Below are positions 36,754 to 51,100 of a stretch of DNA of 64,000 nucleotides, one piece after another; within the stretch, counting starts at the first letter, position 1; the number at the start of each line of letters is the position of its first letter. The translations under genes and the position numbers were made by a program. Source of the stretch: Lepidodermella squamata (taxonomy: Eukaryota > Animalia > Gastrotricha). The stretch spans positions 2,914,001 through 2,978,000 of the forward strand of contig JBLDXI010000019.1 in NCBI GenBank assembly GCA_047495785.1. Direction: 5' to 3'. The notes beneath the pieces are model-generated. The model was not told where the DNA came from, did not search any database, and was given only the letters and a program-made list of their open reading frames with translations.

Positions 36754-39700
36754 TCAGGGTAGTGGGCCATATGGGCCACCATGTGGTATCTCCTCCGCTT
36801 CTAATACAAATTCACAAATATATCCATCCATTGGAGCGTCACATGAAGTCGCGCGAACGAGTAATCTCCAATTCATGCCCTTATCTACCGTAGCGCAATC
36901 GCCGGGTTCCAAATTGAGATGTTCACGTGCCGGCTCTTCAGTAAATTCAAAATTTCCGGGCCAGTCTTTTCCGCCATCCAACCATGTCCATGTGCCATTT
37001 ATTTTCTTCAGGCCGACCCAAAAAAGGGGGCGACCAACGCCCCCTAATGATTCGCCTACTACATATAGAGTGTTGTCGAAAATCGCCAATTGACCATTTT
37101 CGGCCTCGCAGGCACTTTTAGCTTGGTGCCACGTCGCACTGACGAGGAAGTCCTTGAACTTTCTATCAAAAATCTCGCATCGAGCCCTGCTTACAAATTC
37201 GCCGGTCGCAAGACGTTGTTCCTCATTCGCTAAGCAGCCTAGAGTGCTTGATCGGCAAATGACGGCCTGATCGTCCGAGCATTGAAAGTATCCTGGCTAA
37301 AAATAACAAATATTAATGTGTTACAAGAATATTTAACCCAAATTGAACTGAGCAGAACAATATAATATACCTATTATACGAAATCATGTGAATGCTGGTC
37401 GACTTTAAAACTTATTAAAGACGAAAGTAAAGTAACACCAGAAATCCAGTGGAATCATGATAAATTTATAAATCATGATAGATTACAGAGAATATTAATG
37501 TTAAGAAAATTCTGGATCGTTAGGACACCCTTAGCAGTTGCGTAATTTAGATGACAGCCCCCGAATCTTATAAATATTACCTGGACGAGAGATAAACGCT
37601 GCCTCATTTGTTTAACGAAGGTGAGATATGAACTCTTATAATAAGAGCATTTTTGACTTTTTAAACGTAGGCAATTTTATGCCATTCTGGTGAAAATGAG
37701 TAGAGGCAGATTGGTTTGAATTTTGTGTCTCTCTCTGATTTCGAGCTTCCCACGTTATCAAATCATCAGTAGATTTGAAAACAAGGTAACTAAACACAGT
37801 TCCGGAATCATGAGCCTTGGCTCAAAAATAAGGCTAAAACCATCTAACCTGGGGCTCTTCGTAAGTTTCGCATATGAAACCGGGCGTTAATTCAACGCAA
37901 GACTGCACATTGACTGTGTCGCCCGCTGTGAAAGCGCAATCGCCGAGTTTAGCAGCTGTCTGCTGCAGCCAGGCGATCCGTCGACGAGGATCCAGAGCTG
38001 TACCATCAATCCAGGAGTAGAAAGGCGAGTTCTTGGGCCCACTGGCCAAGAGCCCAACCCAGTGAGTGTAGAAAGCTCTTTGCGCAATTCGCAGGTAATC
38101 TGCAAAATCAGTTTGGGTTTTGAATACCGCGAGTCGTCCGTTCAGTTTTTCGCATGAAGCCTTCGCCTCGTACCACGTTCCATTGGCTCGCACTGGTAGC
38201 CAAACTCGCTTTACGGCTATACAAGCAGTTGCAGACATGAAAGTCGTGAGTGGCGGCAGTCTGTCTTCACCTTCGTAACAACCTGTTGACGCCCTTCGAC
38301 AGATCACAAAATCGCCATCTTTTTGGACGCACCGATGATATGAATACGAAGGGGCCTGAAAAACAAAGTGTCAAACTTAGAGTCTTTTGTTGTTGGTACT
38401 TGGCACAGGTGTTGTTTCTGAGTGAGATGAAACTAAAACGAACTTCAGCTCGAATGTGATTTCCAATATCTAGACTATATTGAGAAGTAATTTTCTTCAA
38501 ATGAGCAAAAAATTTTCTTCAAACAAATTTTCCAATCGAAATTACTGTTTTTTTCGAAATACCCTTAATCGGCCAACACGCTGTTTATGGGCTGAATTAA
38601 ATTTCATAGCCGGCTCTTATGATCTTCTAGTACTGAACCAACTCAAAATCCTCGAACTGACCTGAGGTATTCCGTAGGTTTCGCAGATGAAACCGTCGGC
38701 GCTTGACGTGCAGGGCTGAGTTTTGAGTGAACCAATGGCAGTATATCCGCATTCGCCAGGTTTCGCCATCGAGCCGCCCAACCAAGTGTGCAAGACAACA
38801 GTTCCATCAATCCATGAATAGACCGGTGATGCACTGGGTTCGTTGTAGGCGAGACCGACCCAGCTTGCGCCAAGCCCGGGTTGCACGTTTAAGAAGTCTT
38901 GGTAATCAGCTTCCTTCCTGAAAACCGCAAGACGTCCGCCCATTTCTTCACACTGAGTCTTAGCTTCGAACCATGTGACAGAGCCATGCACCGGCTGCCA
39001 AACTCGTTTTGGCGTTTCGCAGTTGTATACATCGCCAAAGTTTGTCAGCGGCGGATTACGTTCCTCGCCATCGAAACAGCCCGTCGATGCTCTTCGACAA
39101 ACAACTTCCCCATCTTTTTGCACACATCGGTGGAATAGGTATTTCTGAAAATTAGCGGAAAATAAATAACTATTACCAGCGAGCGGACAAAATTTTGAAA
39201 CAGCAATATCAGAACAAAACGCACAAACAACGCTTTTGAAACAAACAAACGCACCGGGTCAGGTAATCCCGGCACTGAATGAGTGAGACATGTCTCATAA
39301 TTAGCCCAGAAATGTGCTGATGCAGCGCCATAACTTCTATCCTGCAAAAGTAAAGACATTACTTTGTATCTGGTTTCCAAGTTTCAAGCTCACTTCTCCA
39401 GAGCTCACAGGACACTGGCTGTAACAAATATATTCTCCCCCTGTCAAACAACTCACCGCCTCCTGTCAAAATTATGAGCAAGCGGAAGTCGAATCGCATA
39501 TAAGTCTTACCCCAAGCATGCACATTTTTCTGCTTGGAAAGGTTTCTGGAGAGTAAACGGTGGTTTCGTTTGCCGAACAGCCATCGTTCACAGGACGGCA
39601 GTCCTTGAATACTCGAGACGTTTGATCGAAACACCGAACATGAGGTACGGCGTAGGTGTCGCAAACGAAGCTCTGACTTGACGATGTGCAAGGCTTCGTT

Positions 39701-40991
39701 AGCAGCGCGCCGCCCTTCACGTAGGCGCAGTTGCCCAGAGTCGGGACTTCTTCGGTCAACCAGGCGTTCCTGTTCACATACTCCAATTCAGTACCGTCAA
39801 TCCACGCATAAATTGGCGGACCCTTTGGACCATAGAGAACGGGCTTTGGACGTTCGATTTTAAGACCAACCCAAATCTCGCCATGAGCACCTTGCGTAGA
39901 TCGTTTGAAATCCGCGAACTCGGATTGATTCTTAAACACTGCCAATCGCCCATTCATCAGCTCGCATTGAGTCTCAGCTGCGTACCATGTTACATTGCCA
40001 TCAACCGTTTGCCAAATACGCTGAGCATGCAAACAAGAATCTACAGAGTCGAAGATAATCTGCTTCAGAAATCGCTCCTCCCCGGACAAACATCCAGTCG
40101 AGGCATTTCGACATATAAAAAAACCACCATCTTCTTGCGTACAGCGTTGGAAAGCGCTGTTATTCGACTGTAAAACTGTGGCCTGAGAGAAATAAAAAAT
40201 TCAAATAAATACTTCTAAACACAGTAGCAAAGCTAACCGGGGGCTTTGGCTGGTTCAAGCAATCATTGTGATTTGCCCAGAAATCCTTATGATCCTCGAA
40301 AATGTTCACCTGTCCGACAAAAGAGACCTGTGTTCCGTGAAATGATTCCGTGAAGTTCAGCCTACCCGGTTGTACCGTGAAGGACAGTTGGTGTAACAGA
40401 GTATTTCCTCGCCCACTAGACAGCTCACTACTCCCTATGGAAAGAATGAAATCATGAAATCATGAATTTGGATAGGATTTCATTTTACCCCAGTGAGACA
40501 TGCTTTCTTGTCGAAAAATTTGCCGTTTGAATAACGTCCAGTTTCATTTTTCCAGCAGCCGCTGCTAGCCAGTCGGCAGTCTGTAAAAATTCCAGTCCCT
40601 TTCTCGAAGCATCGAACGTGAGGGCTCTGGATGCTAGGATTCAGCACTCGATTGAAAATAATTATTTCGAATGTTCTGGGTTGAACAGAAAATATTTACT
40701 CACTTGTTACTTTTACGCATGAGGTGAAATTGTCGAAAAATTGATCGCTGTTGATCTGAAAGGTGGGTGATATAATGTCCCAGATAAAAATGAGAATTCA
40801 AGCAAAATACCGAATCTATGGGACACCTTGATCTCGAGGGCGTGCATGCCGTTGGTCCACTGCTAGATATGCATTGCATTTTCTTTGCATGCGATGAAGC
40901 GACGATTGTGAATCGAAAAGCATCGACGCCACGCAGGGCAGACAACGCTAATGGTTGCTGAGGTGATTAAAAACCAGATAATAATATTCAT
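36754..40991 (-). pseudogene. Multi-exon four-CTLD C-type lectin gene, copy A; 5' exon carries a frameshifting internal deletion
   Basis: CTLD exons near 39472-40170, 38660-39140, 37850-38355, 36754-37295 (TW.EA...CE...GRLA, WVGL, WIDG, C...C....FICE); reading from ATG 40991 hits TAG after 42 codons, where copy B has further exons. Confidence 0.7.
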
Positions 40992-41044
40992 CTTTAATCA
41001 AAGTTTGAATGAGAAGAAAATCAACTTTTTACGGATTTTAAAAA

Positions 41045-41069
41045 CACGAGTCTGGCGTCGAAAGTCGAA
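41045..41069 (-). promoter_or_regulatory. Conserved proximal upstream block of the lectin genes (also 47009-47033 and 52926-52950)
   Basis: CACGAGTCTGGCGTCGAAAGTCGAA identical about 55-80 bp upstream of all three ATGs. Confidence 0.5.
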
Positions 41070-41287
41070 CGGTGGCGCAAAAAATGAGTGCGAAATATTG
41101 TCCTGCTAATTATCTGAAAAATTGAAACGGATCTGGGACAGCTTTTGATTGGCGCTAACGCGTGCACCTGTTGCGCAATCATGCGAGATCAGTTCATCTT
41201 TTCATGAATTGAACTCGCACTGGTGATTTGATGCTCATATTTGATGTCAAATTAGAGTTACAGGCGGTTTAAACTTCGCACAATTAA

Positions 41288-41675
41288 CCCTTTCACCGCC
41301 GGAGGTATTCTCGGCCGAGAATACAGCCTTTTCAAATGGTAATAGCCGCCGCGCGATTAAAATTTGTATTTCGACTTTCACCGATATTTACTTATCCTTT
41401 GTGCAAACACGTAATTAGTAGGTAACGCGTAATTTTCACGCGCAAAATTGAGTTGAACAATGAGTTTTGCGTGCGTTGCGTAACAATAACAACAATGTGT
41501 TGACATTGATTGCTTACTTTCGAACGACTTTCGACGCCGGCCCCTTTGTTACTCGGTGCGCGTATATAATACATTATTAGTGAAACATTATGATTTCGCG
41601 TACATGGCATATTATTAGTGATTCACAGCCATTCTCGGCCGAGAAGACAGAAATCTGTCTTCGGCAGTGAAAGGG
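41288..41675. mobile_element. Non-autonomous piggyBac-type element (388 bp)
   Basis: TTAA on both sides; termini CCCTTTCACCGCCG / CGGCAGTGAAAGGG; subterminal palindrome TTCTCGGCCGAGAA at both ends. Confidence 0.9.
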
Positions 41676-43083
41676 TTAAAAATATAAACTACACCAGCCT
41701 GACGTCGAATGGCAAAATATTGTCCCGGTAATTATCGGAACAATCGAAACGGAACTGGGTGAGTGAGGCGACAGGCGGACGCTCTCGGGGTCCTCGCGCA
41801 GAGGCACGCACTGGGCAGCATTTGCCGAATTATGTATGCGAATTCAAGGTGAGATACTTAATAGTACACGCTCGTGGCCTTGGAGCTTGGAGGGTTGAAA
41901 TTCAGACTTAAGCCGGCGAGTTCAAAGGTACCAAAGGAATCGGCGTTGAAAGAGCCCGAGATACAAGCACCGGTTTTGTTGTTAGCTATTACGCCCCCAT
42001 AAAATCAGAATATTTGGATGTCCCGCTCCTGAGATGAAAGGCGACGGATAGCGTCATCGCTGAAAATGCAGACAGCTGCACTCCCGACATTTATCCTTAA
42101 TACCGAATATTCAAACGAAATACTCCACACTGTTTACAATTTCTCGTTTATTTCGAATAATAACGTGCGTTGTGTATACGTGAATGCAATGGCAACGTTT
42201 AGATTCAGAAACTTTTAATGTTAACAGGAATGATTTTAATTATTTCAGAAATAAACCTTTAATGTGGTCGATGAGCATGTTTTTCCGGTTACCAATCGCT
42301 TGCATCAATGAAAATAAAGCCGAGAAGTGCATGGTCATTATAAAAAATGGTAAACGATGGTAATTACTTGATTGATAAATAACAGTGATTAACTCGGTTT
42401 TGCGTGTTTTCACGGTTTTTATCAAGATTTTGAGCGAGCTAAGAATAATTAAAACATATTTACGTGGGTATTTTTGCGACTCATTTACAACATGTTCAAT
42501 TATAGCCGTCAAGCCGGATGGGATGCCTGATTTTAATTCAGTTCCTGGCCGAATTTAATCGCCATAATGAGAATTCCACGAATTTTCCGCAATTCCGTCA
42601 AGCGTTTCTATACATTTGTTGGACTAAATTTCCTTGCTAGATAAATTGCTGAGATGCCAATTCGGGGTATTTTTCATTATTATGCAAAGTATTTCTTGCT
42701 TGAAAAATTGCTGAAAAATTAATAATTGATCGCTTAAAAATCGCCCGGGGTCCACCGATTCTGTTGGCTAAGTATCGATGGCTAAAATTGGCCAAAAACC
42801 ACTGAGTTTCAGGAATAAATTTGTTATATAGTGAAGTGAAGCTTTCATGCAGATTTATGGAACTCTCGAGCAATTTTGAATTTTTGCCTTTTTTGACTTT
42901 CACCAACGATGGCTCCCTAACGGTGAGGAATTGGCTCATGAGATTTTGCGAGCTTACTGGAATGGGTTCTGACTGTTTATGGTCAAAATATGAGCCCGGA
43001 GAACCTCATGGTTATGGAATGACAAGCGTTGGACAAGCGTTTTATGCAGATTTAGGTTACCGTACCCTTACCTTACTTAACAC

Positions 43084-43740
43084 CAGAGCTGGAAAACCTG
43101 CACGATTTCCTACGCGCCGATTTCGAAATTTCCTACCAAACTACCACTTCCCTCAATTTTGGTCCGGATACGATCCAGAAGCCTCGATTTGGAAGACGGC
43201 TACGATTTGGCAGGACACGGATTAAAAGGGGTCTTTTAAAAAGATTTACTTGTTTGTTTTTTCGAGCGCGCGCACTTATTTTTTTTGGTTAATCACTCAC
43301 TCGCACACACAGCAACACGACCATTGTTACGCATTAGGCGGCGTGCTTGTCGTCCCTTATTGGTCTTATGGTCATTTAAAATGAAGTTAAAGTGCCTTAT
43401 TTGCACACTAACAAACATCAAGTTTTTGAAAATGTCTGGTTCACCAGCGGTCAAACGCTTGAAGCCCAACAGCGGCGCGGCAGTTGTTGCGCCCGCAGTT
43501 CATGCCAGTAGCAGCGCCTTTGCAAGCAACACAACCCCTGACAACAGCGATCAGGTCTTGCCACCGCCACATCCTGGAAAACGCCGCCGCGGTCGTCCAT
43601 CAAACGCTGAAATCGCAGCAAGGGCCGCAGCCGCCGCAGCTACCGGTTCAAGTGCAGCATCGACAAGCCGTCCTGATGAAGAAACGCCGGCGCCGACACC
43701 CGCGAAAAGTCGCCGTGGTCGTAAATCGAATGCAGAAAAG

Positions 43741-43778
<38 letters not shown>

Positions 43779-46180
43779 TGTTGCGGCTGCTGTCGCCATC
43801 GAAAACGGAGCAAACTCGGTCGGTTCTGTGAACAGCGTTGAACAGCCAGAGGCGCCAATGGCCACGCCAATCATCGCCGTCGAGGAGGAACCAAACAACA
43901 ACGAAACAGTCTCGTAAGTTTTTTCGACTACGATGCTCCTCTTGCGCTAAAAACATAAATTCCACAGCATTCAAGATGCCCCTGGCCCATCTTCGTCGAT
44001 ACAAGTTGCTGTCTCAAATCCGCTTTACGAAACCTCGGCCGATGAAAGCTCTAGCGATAGCGATGACGGCGACTGGCAACCTCCCGCCCTTGCTCAACGC
44101 GTGTCTTCCTCGTCAGCCTCCTCGTCCAGTGTTAGCCGTCACTCTTCGCCACCTGGTGATATCGATAGCGAATACTTCGACGCCACTACTGTCAACAATC
44201 AGCCTCATATCGCCGAGAAAATTGAAACTTTCAACATTGTCAAATCTCAACAAGGGCATGATCACTACCAATATCATGGTTACTGCTATAAGCAAAAGTA
44301 CAAATCGGCGAAGCACAATCAGATCCTACTTGGTTGCACTTTTCCAGACTGCGAAGGCTCGGCTTACATGACGAAAGAACTGTTGCCAATGTCAGTTTCG
44401 TCGAGTGGTTGCGGCTGGAAAGAACATGATCATGGCTCTCAGCACGACTTTCATGATGCGAAGAACCTTCGTCATGCAATCAAGGTATGTCTTTTATGAT
44501 GTTTTCTGTTCAATTGTAACGATACTTTCCACTTTCAGGAAAAGGCGTCCGCTTCGAAGGAAAATCCGAGCAAAATCCGAGCTTCTGTTTCGTCTGGTGC
44601 TTCGTTGGGCGTAACTGCTCATTTGAAAAGCCATCGCGCAACGCAGCAGCTCGTTCGCAGGGCGCGCAGAAAGACCGCTGCTGCCGATGACATACCGACG
44701 CTTACCCCGCCGACGCGACTCGCAGAAATCGAAATCCCGCCACACCTGGCGACAACGACTCGCGGCGAGCCATTCGTGTTTTACGACTCGAAGTCGGTTC
44801 GGGCGCCGGACGACCGTCGGATCATTGTCTTCGGTACGGAGAAGAACCTGGATATCCTTGAGGAATCTCAGCACCTTGCTGCTGATGGAACGTTCAAGGT
44901 AGTAATTCGGCGTTTTCCGTATTTCGCGATTATTTAGTGCTGATTCTGTTTTAGATAACGCCGACTCTGTTTAAACAAGTTTACATCTTGCACGCAGTTG
45001 TTGGTGGTGCTTCTCTGCCACTGTTCTATTGTTTGCTGCCTGGTTTCGAAACAGCGTACTATCAAGAAGTGCTGGACCAAATTCGATTTCGCCGGCCAAA
45101 CCTTATCATTCGATCGGCTATGACGGACTTTGAAAAGGCGGCGATGAATGCCATTCAAGACACGTGGCCCAATGTCGACTTGGCTGCTTGCCTATTTCAT
45201 CTGGCCCAGTCGATATATCGCCGGCTGAAGAAAGATGGCTTGCAAGAGCTCTATGCGACTGATGAAGAGATTCGCCGGCGATGTCAATGGCTGCTTGGTT
45301 TGGCATTCGTGCCTGCGCAGTCCGTTGTTACCATTTTCGACCGGCTGGATGAAAAACTGGCTGAGGTGCTGGTGTCGGCACCGAAGATGGCAAAGCTGTA
45401 TGACTACTTCAGGAATAATTACATCGGCTCCGTTCGCCGAGGCATCCACAAACCGCCGAGATTTGCCATCGGGGTTTGGAATATGTTCCAAAGAACCATC
45501 GATGATCTTCCGCGAACCGACAATTCCGCCGAATGTGAGATTTGTTTTCAGCGTATCATTCTTACCTAACAACCCTGTTTTTTATAGCTTGGCATCGCGC
45601 ATTTCAAAAGCGGCTCGATCGCATACACCCGGATGTCTATTCGCTCGTCGAGGCTTTCCGAGCAGAGCAAGACGGGGTGGAGCAGGTGTATGACAAGTTC
45701 AAGAAGGGGCAAGGAATCGCGAAATTTGAGGCTAAAAAGGTCTATGTCGTATCTCAGCAAAACATACTGGCCATGACCGGTGATTTTCACAAATATAAAG
45801 ACATTATAAAATACCTTGATGCGATGAATGCGAATTTAGGTCTAAAGTTTCATTCATAAAATTGAATAAACATATTAAATAAAAACGGCCAGGTTTCGCA
45901 AAAAAGTAAAAATGTACAGTGGCATCATAAATGCATAACAAGGCGTAATTGTGAAATCGTTTTTTTTTAATTATTTTCTGCCAAATCGTAGCCTTCTATT
46001 TTTTATTTCCCAAAATAAAATCTGCCAAATAGTATGTCTGCCATTTCACTCTTCCAAATCGAGGCTTCCGGATCGTATCCGGACCCTCAATTTTTGGCTG
46101 TTTCATAAGCCAAAATTGCCTACTTTTCCCAAAATTTCCTACGCACCTGGTGCGTCATTTCTGCAAGTTTTCCAGCTCTG
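43084..46180. mobile_element. Autonomous-looking MULE (Mutator/Phantom-like) transposon, 3097 bp
   Basis: TIR CAGAGCTGGAAAAC(C/T)TGCA plus an inner IR block (43162-43196 / 46050-46084); 8-bp TSD CTTAACAC (43076-43083, 46181-46188). Confidence 0.92.
43432..45859 (+). CDS. MULE transposase with AT-hooks and FLYWCH-like finger; join(43432..43913,43968..44484,44539..44898,44955..45534,45588..45859)
   Basis: KRRRGRPS, SRRGRKS; GYCY...C....C...HDH; AADGTFK, MTDFEKAAMNA, CLFHLAQ, PRTDNSAESWH; no stops after splicing. Confidence 0.92.
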
Positions 46181-46552
46181 CTTAACACTTACTTAGGTTA
46201 CCTTACTTAAACACTTTAACAAATATTCTGCTGAGATTTATAAAGCAGGAATACCTTTTGAAATAAGTCACAAAATAATCGAAAATCGAAATGTTTTCAA
46301 ATTCTTTTAAATTCTTTCTTAACAGCGATAAAAAAACGTTATAATCAAATAAAAGCAAGCTAACAACTTTTATCTAACAAAGAGTAATTACTATCGTTTA
46401 ACATTCGAATGGTGTAGTGTAAAAGCGGCTATTGATTTACAAGGGAATACTTACGGCCATAGAGTAATGCTATTCCTACATTCGCACTATCTGGTCCGCC
46501 TTAAAAAATTTAATTCAGCCATAGAGCAATTAAATTTCCCTATGGCAAAATT

Positions 46553-46951
46553 TTACCATGCGTATGTAGGAATTTGGTGAACAGCTGCGATTATTATGAC
46601 GAAAATGATATTGAAAGTGAACACAACATTACGAAAGATTCGCCTTGTGGACAGCGAGTCAGCAGGGGTCGGCAAACCGGCGACATGTTCGCAGCGTTGT
46701 AACACATTATAGTTACACCAGTTGTGCATTTCTTCCAATTATCGAATTTATAGACCTGGAATTAGGCGATTATCGGCTATTGAAGAGAATAAGAGTGTTC
46801 GTACTCCTGTCTCGTATCTGCGATCGCAGCCACCCTTCATTTCATTTCTGCATGCGATAAATAGATATTGATTTGAATAACATCGACGCCACGCTGGGAA
46901 GACAGCGCTTATGGTTGTCGAGGTGATTAAATACCAGATAATAATATTCAT
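46553..46951 (-). pseudogene. 5' exons of a third lectin-family paralog (copy C), without CTLD exons of its own
   Basis: MNIIIWYLITSTTISAVFPAWRRCYS...CRNEMKGGCDR, then CTTGVTIMCYN...CRPLLTRCP, homologous to 52868-52450. Confidence 0.7.
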
Positions 46952-48142
46952 TATTGTGCGATACAAATGCGATTGAAAACAAATAATTTTTTGTACGGAT
47001 TTTAACAACACGAGTCTGGCGTCGAAAGTCGAATGGTGTCGCAAATAATGAGTGCGAAATATTGTCTCCTAATTACTTGAAAAATTGAACCGGATCTGGG
47101 TCAGCTGTTGATTTCACATTCAACAGAACGAGTTGTTTTTCGCAACACCATGCGGTTTAGCCCGCACGTGTTGTGCAACCACGCGTGGTCAAGTCATCAA
47201 TTGTAAAAAAACGAGCTCATATTCGTCCTCATATTTGTCATGGCGTGACAATGGGGGTTATTTTGGAAGCCGTCCTTATCGATGAATTCAACTTTATCCC
47301 ATAATGTCAACTTTATCGCCCGGGAATAAAGTCGACTCTATGACCAGTATGATTTTCGAACATAAAGTCAACTTTATTTCACTTAAATCGGCTTCATTTC
47401 GCAAACATGAATGTACCATGGCCGATAAAGTCGACCGGCCTCGACTTTAACGGCCAATTTTTGTCCGATATCGTGCGTTTTGACCTCAAAAACATTTGTT
47501 GACCTAATTGTAAAATAATCATAGCAATGCACGAAGCTGGTAAAAAGTTGCCATGAAATTTTAAAGTTGGAAAAATACTTGTTATTACGAAGTTTGAAAA
47601 ACGAACGAGCGACACCTGATTTAACAATGTGATGACGCCAGATATTGCTGACGTAAGCAATTGCAGTAAAACGATTAGGCGGTCTAAAGAGCCCGATTGG
47701 CCAAAATAGAACCTTCTCTTGGGAAAAGTCATTTTTCATGATTTTTCATATGACTGGATAATTTTCGCTTTGCCTGGTGGATTATGCCTCCGAACGTTTC
47801 TCGACGCTAGGTTCCCCGAAGCTCCCATTTCGTTTTCAATGATGTTGCCTGGCAGACCATGTGGCTTGTGGCTCAGAACTTATTCATATTTCGACCGGCC
47901 TGCTGTTCATCAGCCAAATAATTCTATTAAAAAAAGAAAATAAGAAAATTGAAAATGGCTTCCTTATTCTGCATGATGCAGCTTTAAAAAAAATGGGTGG
48001 AAACACTCATAATTTCTGCTGAAACCTCAGCAACCATATTCTTGATTTATTTCTGATTTATGATGCCAAATAATATATACAACTAAAAATATTGAGCTAT
48101 ATAATTTAATTAAATCAACTGGAAGTGGGGCAAGAAATCATA

Positions 48143-51100
48143 TCAAGGGTCAAATGGGATATAAGGCCCAGGGCCGAATGATCCAAATGAGCCAAACGAG
48201 CCAAATGAGTCGTTTGGACCACGGGGTATCTCTTCCGGTTCTGCCACAAATTCGCAAATATATCCATCTATTTCAGCGTCACATGACGTCGCACGCACGA
48301 GTAAATTTCTCTGCCCGCCCTTCTCCACCGTAGCGCAATCGCCGGGTTCCAGATCGGGATATTCACTTGGCGGCTCTTTAGTAAAATTAAAGTTTGCGGG
48401 CCAGTCTTTCCCGCCATCCAACCATGTCCATGTGCCATTGATTCTCCTCAGGCCGACCCACAAGATGTCAGCGATAAAGTCATGCACTGATTCATTCTCT
48501 ACATATTCCCGGATGTCAAATACCGCCAACTGACCTTTTTCGACCTCGCAAGCAGTTTTAGCTTGTTGCCACGTCGTACTTACGCGGTAGTACTCGAACT
48601 TCCTATCAAAAATCTCGCACCGAGCCCTGCTTACAAATTCGCCTCGGTTAGACTCATTCTTCAAGCAGCCCGTAATGTCTGATCGGCAAATGATGGCCTG
48701 ACGGTCCGAGCATTGAATGTATTCTGACTAATAAAAGAAAACAGTGAATTGAAACGTATTCGAAGTAATTCAAAACAGTAGGGTTTTACAGGCTCTAATT
48801 AAAAATATGACGAATAGCTTATATCCATCGAACCTGTGGCTCCTCGTAAGTTTCGCAAATGAAACCCGGTGTTAATTCATTGCAAGACTGAACATCGACA
48901 ACGCGACCCTTAGTAAGAGCGCAGTCACCGAGGTTAGCAGCCGAATCCTGCAGCCAAGAAATCCGTCGGCCAGGATCCAGAGCTGTACCATCAATCCAGG
49001 AGAAGAAAGGCGAGGTCTTCGGCCCACTGGCCAAGAGCCCAACCCAGTGAGTGTAGAAAGCTCTCTGCGCAATGCGCAGGTAATCTGCAAAATCAGTTTG
49101 GGTTTTGAATACCGCGAGTCGTCCGTTCAGCTTTTCGCACGAAGCCTTCGCCTCGTACCACGTTCCGTTGGCTCGCACCGGTTGCCAAACTCGCTTTACG
49201 GCTCCACAAGCAGTTGCAGACATGAAAGTCGTGAGTGGCGGCAGTCTGTCTTCACCTTCGTAACAACCCGTTGACGCCCTTCGACAGATCACAAAATCAC
49301 CATCTTTTTGGACGCACCGATGATATGAATACGAGGGGGCCTGAAAAACAAAGAGTCAAACTTGTTGGTAAGGGTATCAACAAATTTTCCAATCGAAATT
49401 ACTGTTTTTTCAATGTCGAAATACCCTTAATCGGCCAACACGCTGTTTATGGGCTGAATTAAATTTCATAGCCGGCTCTTATGATCTTCTAGTACTGAAC
49501 CAACTCAAAATCCTCGAACTGACCTGAGGTATTCCGTAGGTTTCGCAGATGAAACCATCGGCGCTTGACGTGCAGGGCTGAGTTTTGAGTGAACCAAGGG
49601 CAGTATATCCGCATTCGCCAGGTTTCGCCATCGAGCTGCCCAACCAAGTGTGCAAGACAACAGTCCCATCAATCCATGCATAGACTGGTGATGCACTGGG
49701 TTCGTTGTAGGCGAGACCGACCCAGCTTGCGCCAAGCCCGGGTTGCACGTTTAAGAAGTTTTGGTAATCAGCTTCCTTCCTGAAAACCGCAAGACGTCCG
49801 CCCATTTCTTCACACTGAGTCTTAGCTTCGAACCATGTGACAGAGCCATGCACCGGCTGCCAAACTCGTTTTGGCGTTTCGCAGTCGTATACATCGCCAA
49901 AGTTTGTCAGCGGCGGAATACGTTCCTCGCCGTCGAAACAGCCGGTTGATGCTCTTCGACAAACAACGTCCCCATCTTTTTGCACACATCGGTGGAATAG
50001 GTATTTCTGAAAATTAGCGGAAAATAAATAACAATTACCAGCGAGCGGACAAAATTTTGAAACAGCAATATCAGAACAAAACGCACAAACAACGCTTTTG
50101 AAACAAAAAAACGCACCGGGTCAGGTAATCCCGGCACTGAATGAGTGAGACATGTCTCATAATTAGCCCATAATTAATACTTAATACTAATAATACTGAG
50201 GCACTGCATGGACAGTTTCACACGGTCTTAGAAAGTGAATGCCGAATAGCTATACCCCTCCCCGTTTTCTCAACGCTTTTATGGTGTACGCCACTGAGCC
50301 CTTATCCCAATGCAAAAATTGTTAAAAGAACAGATCTAGCGTCGGGCCCTTTGCGGTTATCAAGAAAGTATTGTAAAAGGTAATTGCCCTCTATTCACTT
50401 CTTTCCTTTATTTCGATCCGCCTCACATTTATTTACGGTATTTAAGGTTCTGAGCATGCGATGCAGTGAATTGTAAAAAAACAAAAACAAAAAGCTCACC
50501 GGGTCAGGTAATCCCGGCACTGAATGAGTGAGACATGTCTCATAATTAGCCCAGAAATGTGCTGATGCAGCGCCATAACTTCTATCCTGCAAAATTAAAG
50601 ACATTACTTTGAATCTGGTATCCTAGTTTCAAGCTCACTTCTCCAGAGCTCACAGGACACTGTCTGTAACAGATATATTCTCCCCCTGTCAAACAACTCA
50701 CCGCCTCCTGTCAAAATTATGAGCAAGCGGAAGTCGAATCGCATATAAGTCTTACCCCAAGCATGCACATTTTTCTGCTTGGAAAGGTTTCTGGAGAGTA
50801 AACGGTGGTTTCGTTCGCCGAACAGCCATCGTTGACAGGACGGCAGTCCATGAATACTCGAGACGTTTGATCGAAACACCGAATATGAGGTACGGCGTAG
50901 GTCTCGCAAACGAAGCCCTGACTTGACGAGGTGCAAGGCTTCGTTAGCAGCGCGCCGCCCTTCACGTAGGCACAGTTGCCCAGAGTCGGGACTTCTTCGG
51001 TTAACCAGGCATTCTTGTTCACATACTCCAATTCAGTACCGTCAATCCACGAATAAATTGGCGGACCCTTTGGACCATAGAGAACGGGCTTTGGACGTTC

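Noticed and set aside
41930-42090. Similarity to ~53380-53570 as a structured ncRNA
   Set aside because: Explained by paralogy of the lectin upstream regions; no covarying structure could be shown by eye.
43484-44004. Poly-Pro, poly-Arg and poly-Gly ORFs
   Set aside because: Alternative frames of the (GCC)n poly-Ala tract in the MULE transposase.
47280-47445. Repeated GTCAACTTTAT/ATAAAGTCGAC motifs suggesting a transposon end
   Set aside because: No partner terminus or TSD found, so no element could be delimited.
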